64,000 bases of DNA from Acidobacteriota bacterium (GTDB taxonomy: Bacteria; Acidobacteriota; Thermoanaerobaculia; UBA5066): positions 125,640 to 189,639 of the forward strand of contig JADJVE010000007.1 of NCBI GenBank assembly GCA_016716715.1. The letters are read 5' to 3'. The stretch's first letter is position 1. Each line of letters opens with the position of its first letter. Below, in pieces: positions 1 to 9,014 of the stretch. Position numbers and translations under genes: made by a program. The notes below the pieces were generated by a model that worked only from the letters and a program-made list of their open reading frames with translations, was not told the origin of the DNA and ran no database searches.

Positions 1-29
1 GCCTCGCGGCGACGGGACTCGTCCATCTC

Positions 30-824
30 GTGGCCCCCGGGCGAACGATCGAGAAATCGGGAGTTCCCGAGGGGCTGCTTCTCCTGAACGTCGACGTGGC
101 CGGCGCCGCGCCAGCGGCGCGCGTGGCCGAACAGTCCGACATCCAGCGCGACCTCGTGCGCCGCACGTACCGCCGGCTCGATTGGGCGAGCCACTACGAC
201 GTGCTCGGCGTCGAGCGCGACGTCGCTCCGGAGGCGCTCGCGCGTGCGATTCACGAGCGGGCGCGTCTGTTCCATCCCGACCACCACCTCAAGGCGCACC
301 TCGGCGACGACCGCGATGCGCTCGAGGCGCTCTTCGCCCGCGTCCGGGAGGCCGAACGCGCCTTCCGCACACCGGAGAGCCGCGCGCAGTACGACCGCGC
401 ACAGGAGATCCACGGCGACACGGTGGCCCTGCCCGGCACCGAGCCGACCGTCGAGGTCCAGAAGGAGATCGCGCGCAAGAACTACGTGCGCGCCAAGGCC
501 CTCTACGAGGAGGAGGACTACTTCCCGGCCTACGAAATGATCCGGCAGGCGGTCGAGTTCGACCCGGAGCAGAAGGAGTACTGGGTGCTCCTCTCGCGCA
601 TCCAGCGCAAGAACCCCAAGTGGATCAAGCAGGCGACCGAGACGATGCGCCGCGCGGTCAAGAAAATGCCGGACAGCGTCGACCTCTGGTGGGAGCTGGC
701 CGAGGCCTGTGCGCACGAGCGTAACGCTCCCGAGCGCGTGAAGGCCCTGAAAGAGGTCATGCGTCTCGATCCCGTGAACCGGCGCGCCCAGCAGGCGCTC
801 GCCGAGATCAACGGGAAGTCCTGA
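30..824 (+). CDS. J-domain (DnaJ-like) protein with C-terminal TPR-like helical region
   Basis: J-domain signature HYDVLGVERDVAPEALARAIHERARLFHPDHH with an HPD motif. The frame is open back to base 3, so the true start may lie upstream of the window. Confidence 0.7.
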   Translation: MAPGRTIEKSGVPEGLLLLNVDVAGAAPAARVAEQSDIQRDLVRRTYRRLDWASHYDVLGVERDVAPEALARAIHERARLFHPDHHLKAHLGDDRDALEALFARVREAERAFRTPESRAQYDRAQEIHGDTVALPGTEPTVEVQKEIARKNYVRAKALYEEEDYFPAYEMIRQAVEFDPEQKEYWVLLSRIQRKNPKWIKQATETMRRAVKKMPDSVDLWWELAEACAHERNAPERVKALKEVMRLDPVNRRAQQALAEINGKS

Positions 825-825
825 G

Positions 826-1437
826 ATGAACGGCCTCCCGCAGCTCTTCGGCACGGGGCTCGGCCTTTCGGCCGCGGCCGGCCTCAATTCCTACGCCGTC
901 CTCCTCGTCTACGGAGCGATGGCGCGCTTCTTTCCCGAGGACTACACCGGCGCGATCGCACGCCTCCTCGCCTCGACGCCCGCGCTCGGCGTCGCGGCCG
1001 TGCTGTTCCTTCTCGAGTTCTTCGCGGACAAGATTCCGGGACTCGACCATTTCTGGCATCTGCTCCACTCGATCGTGCGCCCGCTCGTCGGCGCGCTCGT
1101 CGCGATCGCGGCGGTGCAGGCCGAGGGATCGACCGCGCTGAACGTCGTGGCGGGCGGCGCCGGCGGGGGAGTCGCGCTCGCGTCGCACCTCGTGAAGAGT
1201 GCGACGCGGCTCACGTCGACGGCGGTCACGTTCGGCGTCGCGAACGCGGGACTGTCGCTTGCGGAGGACGTCGTCGCGTTCCTCCAGAGTCTCGTTTCGA
1301 TCTTTCTGCCGCTCGTCGCGCTCGTCGTCGTGATCGCAATCGGCCTGCTCTTCGTCCTAACGGTTCCCCGGATGGCGCGCTTCCTCGACCTTTTCGGGAG
1401 GCGCCGCACCCGGCCGGAACCCACGCCGCCGGCCTGA
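826..1437 (+). CDS. DUF4126-like integral membrane protein
   Basis: Gly/Ala/Leu-rich multi-TM protein. The N-terminus GLGLSAAAGLNSYAVLLVYG resembles the DUF4126 family. It starts 2 nt after the upstream stop. Confidence 0.6.
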   Translation: MNGLPQLFGTGLGLSAAAGLNSYAVLLVYGAMARFFPEDYTGAIARLLASTPALGVAAVLFLLEFFADKIPGLDHFWHLLHSIVRPLVGALVAIAAVQAEGSTALNVVAGGAGGGVALASHLVKSATRLTSTAVTFGVANAGLSLAEDVVAFLQSLVSIFLPLVALVVVIAIGLLFVLTVPRMARFLDLFGRRRTRPEPTPPA

Positions 1438-1486
1438 CCCGTCAGGCCCGGCACGCCTCGTGCACTTCCCGTCGGAGGAACCTGCG

Positions 1487-4400
1487 ATGAAGTCCCGCCT
1501 CCCGCTCCTGACCACCGCCGCCGCCGTTCTGCTCCTCGGGACGGCCACGGCGGTCGCCGTGCGTCCCGAGGACGTCCTCCAGGGCGTCGCGCCGGTGCCG
1601 GCCGAGGTCTCCCGATCCGTGGACGTGGGGCGCCTCGACGGCGACGTCCGCTTCACGCGCGCGATCCTCGTCCTGCCCGCACGCGACGCCGCCGGTCTCG
1701 AGCAGCTTCTCGAATCGCAGCAGGACCCGTCCTCCCCCGACTTCAGGCGATGGCTCACGCCGGTTGAATTCGGCCGCCGCTTCGGCGCCCCCGAGGCCGA
1801 CGTCGCGGCGCTCCGCGCCCACCTCGAGGCGAACGGCCTCGAGGTGGAGGACGCTCCCGCGGGCCGCACGGCCCTTCTCTTCTCCGGGCGGGCCGCCGAC
1901 GTCGAGCGCGCGTTCGCGACCGAGCTCCGCGAGGTGTTCGTGGACGGCGCGATCCGCGTCGCGAACGTCCGCCCGGCGCGGCTGCCGGCCGGCCTCGCGC
2001 GCCGCACCGCGGGCCTGCTGTCCCTGAACTCGTTCCCGCGGCGCAGAGCGCTCGCGCGCCGGACCCCGGCGTACACGGACGGCTCGGGCCGCCACGTCCT
2101 CGCGCCCGCGGACTTCGCGACGATCTACGGGATCGACGCTCTCGCCGCGGCGGGGATCAACGGCGCGGGACGGAAGATCGCTGTCCTCGCGCAGACGAAC
2201 GTGACCGTCGCCGACACACGGTTCTTCCGGCAGTACTTCGGCCTGCCGGCGAACGACCCGCAGATCGTCCTGAACGGACCCGACGCCGGGATCAACGGGG
2301 ACGAGATCGAGGCGGACCTCGACATCCAGTGGGCGGGCGCCGTCGCGCCGGCCGCGCAGGTGCTCCTCGTCGTGTCCAAGACGACCCTCCCGTCCTACGG
2401 CGTCGACCTCTCGGCGCTGTACGCGGTGAACAACAACATCGCCGACGTCCTCAACCTGTCCTACGGGGCCTGCGAGAACGACTTCGTCGATTCCGACACG
2501 CTCTTCTACACGAACATCTGGGCGCAGGCCGCGGCGCAGGGGATGACGTCCTTCGTGGCGTCCGGCGACAGCGGCGCCGCGGGCTGCGAGGGCCTCTCGG
2601 CGACGACCGGCACGACCCGTTCCGTGAACGGCCTCGGGTCCTCGCCGTACGCGACGTGCGTCGGAGGGACGCAGTACCTCGACACGTCGGCCCCGGCTGC
2701 GTACTGGAGCTCGACCAACGACCCCGTCACGAAGAAGTCCGCGAAGGGGGCGATCCCCGAGGGCGCGTGGAACGAGAGCGGCGCCGGCTCGGGCCTCGCG
2801 GCGACGGGTGGCGGCGTGAGCGTGCTCTTCGCGCGGCCGCCCTGGCAGAACGTCGCAGGCGTTCCGGCGGGAACGGGCCGCGCCGTGCCGGACGTCTCCG
2901 TCGCCGGGGCCGGCCACACGCCGTACTACATCGTGCTGGGCGGCTCGGGGAGCGCATCGGGTCTCGCGCGCGTCTACGGCACTTCTGCGTCTTCCCCCGC
3001 GTTCGCGGGCATCGCGGCCCTCCTGTCGCAGAGGGCGGGATCGCGCCTCGGCAACCTCAACCCGCTCCTGTACGCGCTCGGCCAGACCCAGTACGGGACG
3101 TCCGGGGCCGCGTCGCCGGGAACGGGCCCGTTCCGCGACGTGACGGCGGGATCGAACTCCGTCCCCGGAGTCACGGGCTACGACGCGGGCCCCGGCTACG
3201 ACGCCGCGACGGGCCTCGGCTCGCCCGACGTCACGGCCCTGGCGGCGGCGATCGCGTCGCCCGTGGTGTCGGGCGTCGACCTCGCGCTGTCGGCCGCGCC
3301 GGCGGTGGCGTCGGTTCAAGCGGGCTCGCCGGTCACCGTCACGGCTTCGCTCGCACAGTCCGCGGTCGCTGCCGACGCTGTCGCGACGCTCACGCTCGCG
3401 GGCCTGCCGGCGGGCCTGACGGCCTCCTTCAGCCCCTCGAAGATGGACGAGCCCGGGACGGGCATCGTCTCGCGCGGGCAGAACGCGCTCCTGACCCTCG
3501 CCGCCGCGCCCTCGACGGCCGCCGGCACGTACACGCTCACGCTTGCCGCGTCGTCCGGCGCCGTCGTCCGGCGCGTCTCGCTCTTCGTCACCGTCGGCGC
3601 GCAGCCTGCCGCGCCTCCGTCCGGACCCGGCGTCCAGGCTCCCGTCGTTCTCGACGTTTTCGGAGCGGGAGGGTCGCACTACACGTCGGACCTCGTCGCC
3701 GTGAACCGCGGAACCTCCGACGCCACGCTCCTCCTGCGCTTCGCCCAGACGCCCGCGCCCGCGACGCCCGGGCCGACGATCGCACGTTCGCTCGGAGCGG
3801 GCCGCCAGTTCGCCGTGGCGGACGTGATCGGGTTCCTGAATGCGAACGGCTATTCGCTTCCGTCGGACGGGTCCGCGAAGCTCGGGACGCTGTTCGCGAC
3901 GTTCGTCGGCGCGTCCGATCCCCTCACCGTGTTCGTCGGCTCGCGCACGTCGACTCCCAACCCGAACGCCTCCGTCGGTGGTGCATTCGGGACGTTCTCG
4001 GCCGCGTCGGTGACGGGCGGAGCCTCCACGGGCGAAGCCTGGATCTACGGCCTCAGGGAGAACTCCCAGTACCGTTCCAACCTCGCTCTCGTGCATGCAC
4101 CCGGCGCCGCCTCGGGCGCGACGGCCGGCCCGGTCGCGCTGGAGGTCCAGATCTACGACGGCGACAGCGGGGCGCCGGCCGGCGCGCCGCTCACGCAGGT
4201 CCTCCAGCCAGGACAGTTCTTCCAGTTCAACCGCGTCCTCACGTTGGCACCGACGGGGGTCGCGAACGGCTACGCGCGCGTCCGGCTGACATCCGGATCC
4301 GACCGCTTCATCGCGTACGGAATCGTGAACGACGGCGCCGCGGCAGGCGGAGGCACGTCGGACGGGAGCTTCCTCCCGGCGAACGCGACGGAGGGACTGA

Positions 4401-5113
4401 TCCCGATCGTCCTCGACCTCCCGGGCGCGCCGCACTACACGAGCGACCTGACCCTGACGAATCCGACGTCGAGCGCGGTCACGGTGACTCTGACGTACAC
4501 GGCGTCGACGGCGTTCTCGGGCGCGGGCTCCGGCACGAAGACGGCCACGCTTGCCGCGCGCCAGCAGCTCGTCCTGCCGAACGCGATCACGTACCTCCGC
4601 GGACTCGGCCTCGCGATCCCGGCGACGGGCAACCAGGGCGGCACGCTCCTCGTCTCGGGCGCGCCGGCGCTCGCGCGCACCTCGAACCCGAACCCGGACG
4701 CGGCCGTCGGCGGGACTTTCGGGCTCGCGTATCCCGCGGTCGGCGCGTCCGCGCGGGCGAAGGGCGAGGCGTGGGTCTACGGCCTGAGGCAGGACGCCGA
4801 CGCGCGCACGAACCTCGCGATCGCGGACGCGCGAGCCGGCGACTCCGCCGGCGTGGAGTACGTCGTGGACGTCTTCGATGCGGATACGGGCGCGACCGAG
4901 CCGGTCCTCACGAAGAAGGTGACGCTCGCGGGCGGGCAATGGACGCAGTTCAACACGATCCTCGTCGACGCCGGAATCACGCACGGTTTCGCGCGTATCC
5001 GGCCCTCCTCCGGAACGTCGGACTTCGTCGCCTACGGCGTCGTGAACGACGGCCCGACGGCGGGCTCGCGCACGTCCGACGGGTCGTACGTCCCGATGGT
5101 CGTCGTGAACTGA
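1487..5113 (+). CDS. Secreted S53 (sedolisin/kumamolisin-type) serine peptidase with long duplicated C-terminal extension
   Basis: Signal peptide MKSRLPLLTTAAAVLLLGTATA. There is a pro-kumamolisin activation region, SGDSGAAGC and YGTSASSPAFAGIAALL catalytic-Ser motifs, and GGAGGA 7 nt upstream of ATG 1487. The C-terminal 600 aa has no recognisable family. Confidence 0.8.
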   Translation: MKSRLPLLTTAAAVLLLGTATAVAVRPEDVLQGVAPVPAEVSRSVDVGRLDGDVRFTRAILVLPARDAAGLEQLLESQQDPSSPDFRRWLTPVEFGRRFGAPEADVAALRAHLEANGLEVEDAPAGRTALLFSGRAADVERAFATELREVFVDGAIRVANVRPARLPAGLARRTAGLLSLNSFPRRRALARRTPAYTDGSGRHVLAPADFATIYGIDALAAAGINGAGRKIAVLAQTNVTVADTRFFRQYFGLPANDPQIVLNGPDAGINGDEIEADLDIQWAGAVAPAAQVLLVVSKTTLPSYGVDLSALYAVNNNIADVLNLSYGACENDFVDSDTLFYTNIWAQAAAQGMTSFVASGDSGAAGCEGLSATTGTTRSVNGLGSSPYATCVGGTQYLDTSAPAAYWSSTNDPVTKKSAKGAIPEGAWNESGAGSGLAATGGGVSVLFARPPWQNVAGVPAGTGRAVPDVSVAGAGHTPYYIVLGGSGSASGLARVYGTSASSPAFAGIAALLSQRAGSRLGNLNPLLYALGQTQYGTSGAASPGTGPFRDVTAGSNSVPGVTGYDAGPGYDAATGLGSPDVTALAAAIASPVVSGVDLALSAAPAVASVQAGSPVTVTASLAQSAVAADAVATLTLAGLPAGLTASFSPSKMDEPGTGIVSRGQNALLTLAAAPSTAAGTYTLTLAASSGAVVRRVSLFVTVGAQPAAPPSGPGVQAPVVLDVFGAGGSHYTSDLVAVNRGTSDATLLLRFAQTPAPATPGPTIARSLGAGRQFAVADVIGFLNANGYSLPSDGSAKLGTLFATFVGASDPLTVFVGSRTSTPNPNASVGGAFGTFSAASVTGGASTGEAWIYGLRENSQYRSNLALVHAPGAASGATAGPVALEVQIYDGDSGAPAGAPLTQVLQPGQFFQFNRVLTLAPTGVANGYARVRLTSGSDRFIAYGIVNDGAAAGGGTSDGSFLPANATEGLIPIVLDLPGAPHYTSDLTLTNPTSSAVTVTLTYTASTAFSGAGSGTKTATLAARQQLVLPNAITYLRGLGLAIPATGNQGGTLLVSGAPALARTSNPNPDAAVGGTFGLAYPAVGASARAKGEAWVYGLRQDADARTNLAIADARAGDSAGVEYVVDVFDADTGATEPVLTKKVTLAGGQWTQFNTILVDAGITHGFARIRPSSGTSDFVAYGVVNDGPTAGSRTSDGSYVPMVVVN

Positions 5114-5138
5114 GGGCGCCTCGCGGTAGACTGCCCGC

Positions 5139-5540
5139 GACTCGGGCCGGACAGGCGGTCGCCGCTCTTGACGCCTCGGCGGAAGGAGGGGAGGAAAGTC
5201 CGGACTCCAGCGGGCAGCGTGCCGGAGAAATCCCGGTCGGGGCAACCCGAAGGAAAGTGGCACAGAAAACAAACCGCCGACGCGCCGCAAGGCGCAGGTA
5301 AGGGTGAAAAGGTGCGGTAAGAGCGCACCGCGGTTCCGGCAACGGAACTGGCAGGCGAAACCCCACGCGGAGCAAGGCCAAATAGGGTGACGGAAGGGGC
5401 GCCCGCCCTCGCGGCTCACGCCGACGTCACCGGGTCGGTCGCTCGAGCCCGTCCGGAAGGACGGGCCTAGAGGAATGACCGCCAGCCGGAAGGCGCGAGC
5501 CGACCGGTCACAGAATCCGGCTTATCGTCCGGCCCGAGTC
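5139..5540 (+). ncRNA. rnpB: RNase P RNA, bacterial type A
   Basis: GAGGAAAGTCCGGACTCC (P4 5' strand) lies near 5186-5205. Also present are GGTAAGGGTGAAAAGGTGCGGTAAGAGCGCACC and ACAGAATCCGGCTTATCG (P4 3' strand). P1 pairs GACTCGGGCCGGAC (5139-5152) with GTCCGGCCCGAGTC (5527-5540). Confidence 0.9.
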
Positions 5541-5605
5541 ATTTCTCTCCCCGCGCGTTCCGTGTCATCCTGACGATCGAGATCCCCTCTCAATCAGGAG
5601 GCTTC

Positions 5606-6793
5606 ATGAACCGGCGCGCCGTTTGTGTGTCCTGTGTCCTTCTTCTCGCGTCGACGACGCGCTCGAAAGCCGTTGAGCCCGCCTCCAAGTCCCTCGTGAC
5701 GCAGCAGAAGGTGCCCGTGGCCGGCCTGACCCACGAGCAGATTCTGGCGAAGCCGGACGCGACGAAGCTCGTGACGGCCGACGGAAAAGAGACGACCGTC
5801 GCCGAGCTTCGTCGGCGGACGAACGCCCGCAAGCAGCTCATGGCTTCGAGCGGGCAGGGGTCGCTGACGGGCGGCTCGGCGAAAGTCGCGCATCCCCGCG
5901 GCGTCGCAAAGGCTCAGGGCCTCGTCACTCTGGCAAAGAACGAGAGCGCCGCCGCCGTCGGGATGCACACGGCCCGCAAGTCGATCCAGGCGTCCGGGGG
6001 AACCGAGGCCACCGCCAAGGCGCGGAAGATCCCGTACCCGGCCAAGGCCGTCGGAATCGAGACCGTGAACGGAAAGACCTCGGGGTTCGTCCTCTCGCCG
6101 GGCGGCAACGTGACGATCGCCGGAGGCGAGTTCGGCGACACGATCGGGCAGGCAAACGTGATGGGGCAGTTCCCCGGGGCGGCCGCTCCGCTGCGCGTCG
6201 TCGACTGGCGCGCCGACGAGATCTACGCGATCTTCCCTCCGGGCCTTCGAGGCGTGGGCGACCACGCCGTGACAGTCCAGGTGATCACGAGGGCCGGCAA
6301 GACGCACCGGCTCGAGGGCGGGAAGTTCGTGGCGACCCGCGAGGACGTCGTCATCACCAGCGGCGTGCTGCGCGTTCTTCGATTCGAAGGCCCCATGCGA
6401 TCAGGAGGGAGCAACTGGCCGGCGCAGATGAACGACGACGGGATGGTCGGCCGCCATGCGCTGGGCGATTCGATCAACTGCCCCTCTCCCGGCGTGGACC
6501 GGCTGACAACCGTCGACCCCGGGCGCGGCTTCGTCGTCACGGGCCTGGGCGCAACCTGGGGGCGCACGGACTCGGGCAACGGCGCCGGCAACGGCGAGCC
6601 CGGGAACCGGATCTTCTACCCGGGCTACAGCTTCGGGAGCTGGGATGGAGACGGAATACGGATCGATGTCCATTGGGGAGTCTGGCGGAGCCACGAGTCG
6701 CCGTACATAACCCTTCCGGGCTACGATCAGTGCCTTTCCAACTACAGGATCAGTGTGATCCTCAGCGGCCCGGCCGGCGTCTCGCCGTTCTGA
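5606..6793 (+). CDS. Secreted hypothetical protein (possible IPT/TIG-like fold in the middle)
   Basis: AGGAGG RBS before the ATG and signal peptide MNRRAVCVSCVLLLASTTRSKA. No diagnostic motifs. Confidence 0.55.
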   Translation: MNRRAVCVSCVLLLASTTRSKAVEPASKSLVTQQKVPVAGLTHEQILAKPDATKLVTADGKETTVAELRRRTNARKQLMASSGQGSLTGGSAKVAHPRGVAKAQGLVTLAKNESAAAVGMHTARKSIQASGGTEATAKARKIPYPAKAVGIETVNGKTSGFVLSPGGNVTIAGGEFGDTIGQANVMGQFPGAAAPLRVVDWRADEIYAIFPPGLRGVGDHAVTVQVITRAGKTHRLEGGKFVATREDVVITSGVLRVLRFEGPMRSGGSNWPAQMNDDGMVGRHALGDSINCPSPGVDRLTTVDPGRGFVVTGLGATWGRTDSGNGAGNGEPGNRIFYPGYSFGSWDGDGIRIDVHWGVWRSHESPYITLPGYDQCLSNYRISVILSGPAGVSPF

Positions 6794-6821
6794 CGCGCCG
6801 GGGTTTGAGACAATCGCCGCG

Positions 6822-7277
6822 GTGCCCGAGATCGTCGACGGCAACAACCTGATCGGCCGCCTGGGCGGCGGCACGCGCGACGGGCTCGTGACGGAGCTCT
6901 GCGAGGTCGCGCGGCGAAAGCGGAAACGGCTGACGGTCGTCTTCGACGGCCCGCCGGAAGCCGGGCGCGCGAAGGTTCAGGCTTTCGGCGACGTCCAGGT
7001 CGTCTACGCGGCGCCCCGCTCGGCCGACGAGGAAATCGTCCGGCGCATCCGCGAGGCGCGAGACCCGCGGGGCGTCACCGTCGTGACGGACGACCGTGCT
7101 CTCGCATCCGCCGTCTCGGCAGCAGGCGCCCGGATCGCGGGCATCGAGATCTTCCAGCGGGACGCATCGGCCCGGATGCGGGCCCCGGCGCCCGCCGAAG
7201 CGGTCAAGCCCTCCGTCGGCGGCGGTGCGAAGGACTGGGAACGCTGGTTCTCGGACCCGAAGAACCGGATCGAGTGA
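6822..7277 (+). CDS. NYN/YacP-like RNA-binding (predicted RNase) domain protein
   Basis: EIVDGNNLIG ... VVFDG ... SADEEIVRRI ... VTVVTDDRAL pattern typical of YacP/NYN proteins. Confidence 0.6.
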   Translation: MPEIVDGNNLIGRLGGGTRDGLVTELCEVARRKRKRLTVVFDGPPEAGRAKVQAFGDVQVVYAAPRSADEEIVRRIREARDPRGVTVVTDDRALASAVSAAGARIAGIEIFQRDASARMRAPAPAEAVKPSVGGGAKDWERWFSDPKNRIE

Positions 7278-8230
7278 TGGCGGACCTCGCGAGGCTGCCG
7301 CGTCTCGTCCCCGGCGACACGGTTGGCGTCGCGGCGCTGTCGGGGCCACCGGATCCGGACGCCCTCGCGGCGGGTGTCCGGGCGCTCGAGGGGTTCGGCT
7401 ACCGCGTCCGGCTCGCACCGAACGTCCTCTCGAAGGAACCGCTCCTCGGCCTCGCGGGCGCCGCCGAAGAACGCGCGGCGGGTTATCGCTCGCTACTCGT
7501 CGACCCGGGCGTGAAGGCCATCGTCTTCGCGCGCGGCGGCTACGGCGTCGCGTCCGCGCTCCCGTGCCTCGACCCGGCGGAAGCGGCCGCGCACCCGAAG
7601 ATCCACTGCGGCTTTTCGGACGTTACCGTCCTCTCCTCCTGGCTCCTGAAGGCGGGCGTGCCGTCGTTCCACGGGCCCATGGTTGCCGCCGATCTCGCGC
7701 GCGGACTCGACCCGCTCTCCGCGTCCTTCTTTCCTTCGATGCTCGAGGGGAGGGGACCCAAGGAGATTTTCTTGGAAGGTGAAGAGGGGAGAGGCGGCGC
7801 GACCGGGAGCAGCGTGCTCGTACCCGGCGCCGCCACGGGGAGGCTCGTCGGAGGCTGTCTCTCCCTCCTCGCGGCGTCCGTCGGGACGCCTTGGGAATTC
7901 GACTACTCCAACGGCCTCCTCTTCTTCGAAGACATCGCCGAGGAGGCCTATCGCATCGACCGCATGCTCGGGACCCTGATCGATTCCGGCCGATTCGCTA
8001 AACTGTCCGGCATCTTGATCGGCACGCTGTCGGCTGTCACGTTTTCGGGCGTCGAAGATTCCGAGCGGCTTCGCTCGGTCCTCACGGCCCGTCTCGCGCC
8101 CCTCGGCATCCCCGTGGCCCTCGGCCTCCCCGCCGGCCACCGCGGCTCCAACGCGACCCTGCCCGTCGGCGCCCGCGCCGCGTGGGACGGAGCCGGGACG
8201 CTCACCTTCCTCGAGGAGATTACGTCTTGA
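7274..8230 (+). CDS. ldcA: LD-carboxypeptidase (S66 family, muramoyltetrapeptide carboxypeptidase-like)
   Basis: GDTVGVAALSGPPD N-terminus, catalytic GFSDVTVL, GGCLSLL and LLFFEDIAEEAYRIDRML motifs. ATGA overlap with the upstream gene. Confidence 0.8.
   Translation: MMADLARLPRLVPGDTVGVAALSGPPDPDALAAGVRALEGFGYRVRLAPNVLSKEPLLGLAGAAEERAAGYRSLLVDPGVKAIVFARGGYGVASALPCLDPAEAAAHPKIHCGFSDVTVLSSWLLKAGVPSFHGPMVAADLARGLDPLSASFFPSMLEGRGPKEIFLEGEEGRGGATGSSVLVPGAATGRLVGGCLSLLAASVGTPWEFDYSNGLLFFEDIAEEAYRIDRMLGTLIDSGRFAKLSGILIGTLSAVTFSGVEDSERLRSVLTARLAPLGIPVALGLPAGHRGSNATLPVGARAAWDGAGTLTFLEEITS
7761..7790 (+). repeat. AT-rich dispersed repeat, forward copy inside ldcA
   Basis: AGGAGATTTTCTTGGAAGGTGAAGAGGGGA encodes KEIFLEGEEG. 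A possible degenerate reverse partner CCTCCTCTTCTTCGAAGACATC lies at 7915-7936. Confidence 0.7.
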
Positions 8231-8249
8231 AGGTCGTCGTGAAATCGGG
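8213..8249 (+). repeat. Degenerate forward copy at the ldcA stop / next gene start
   Basis: GAGGAGATTACGTCTTGAAGGTCGTCGTGAAATCGGG aligns to the consensus with small indels. Confidence 0.4.
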
Positions 8250-9009
8250 CACTCCGAGCGGCTTCGCGGACTACCTCATGAAGGCCGCGGCCGGGAAGGA
8301 CGTCTTCTCCGAGGGAGAGGTCGGCACCGAGATGTACGTCATCCAGGCCGGCACCGTCGAGATCTACAAGAAGAGCCGCAAGGGCGAGGAGAAGATTCTC
8401 GCGACGCTCGAAAAAGGCGACTTCTTCGGCGAGATGTCGATCCTCGAAGACGTCCCGCGAACGGCGTCCGCGCGCGCGAAGACCGAGTGCGAGCTCGTCC
8501 GGATCAACCAGACGACGTTCGACGAGATGCTGCGCCACAACGCGGAGATCGCCGTGCGGATGCTCCGCAAGCTCTCGCGCCGCCTGCGCGAGACGACGAA
8601 GCTCCTCGAGCAGTCGACGGGCGTCGCCCCGACGCTCGACCAGTCGTCGTCGGACATCTTCGCGAAGGAAGCCGACCGGCACGAGATCTTCCGGATCGTG
8701 GCGGACGCCGGCGGAGAATTCTTCCTGAACCGCGAGGGGGAGACCACCGTGGGGCGCATCGACCCCGTCACGGGGATCCGGCCGGACGTCGACCTCGCGA
8801 ACCTCGACACGCAGCGCTCCGTCTCCCGCCGCCATTCGAAGATCGTCCACTCCGGAAACGACTTCCGCGTCGTCGAGGAGATCGGAACCATGAACGGGAC
8901 GTTCGTGAACGGCACGCGCATCGTCACGGGCCAGCCGGTGTCGATCAAGGACGGCGACCGGATCCGCTTCGGACTCGTGGACCTCACGTTCCGCATCAGC
9001 AAGGCGTAG
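8227..9009 (+). CDS. Cyclic-nucleotide-binding domain plus FHA domain protein
   Basis: cNMP-binding core GEVGTEMYVIQAGTVEIY...GDFFGEMSILEDVPRTASARA. C-terminal FHA motif TTVGR...VSRRHSKIV...GTMNGTFVNG. The start is TTG 8227 (TTGA overlap with the ldcA stop) or GTG 8239. Confidence 0.8.
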   Translation: MKVVVKSGTPSGFADYLMKAAAGKDVFSEGEVGTEMYVIQAGTVEIYKKSRKGEEKILATLEKGDFFGEMSILEDVPRTASARAKTECELVRINQTTFDEMLRHNAEIAVRMLRKLSRRLRETTKLLEQSTGVAPTLDQSSSDIFAKEADRHEIFRIVADAGGEFFLNREGETTVGRIDPVTGIRPDVDLANLDTQRSVSRRHSKIVHSGNDFRVVEEIGTMNGTFVNGTRIVTGQPVSIKDGDRIRFGLVDLTFRISKA

Positions 9010-9014
9010 GGGTC

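Noticed and set aside
1442-5419. 1325-aa minus-strand ORF antisense to the S53 peptidase gene and RNase P RNA
   Set aside because: The translation is Arg/Gly/Asp/Glu low-complexity with no motifs. It mirrors a well-supported + strand gene. Long stop-free antisense and alternate frames are expected in DNA this GC-rich.
8341-8400. Repeat-like GAGGAGAAGATTCTC...GAAAAAGGCGACTTCTTC inside the cNMP-binding gene, and similar weak matches at 41-80, 11186-11215, 11541-11575, 18545-18590, 21326-21400 and 58315-58345
   Set aside because: These are low-scoring matches that coincide with ordinary conserved peptide motifs (for example EKILATLEKGDFFGE). I cannot distinguish them from chance without a scored genome-wide scan.
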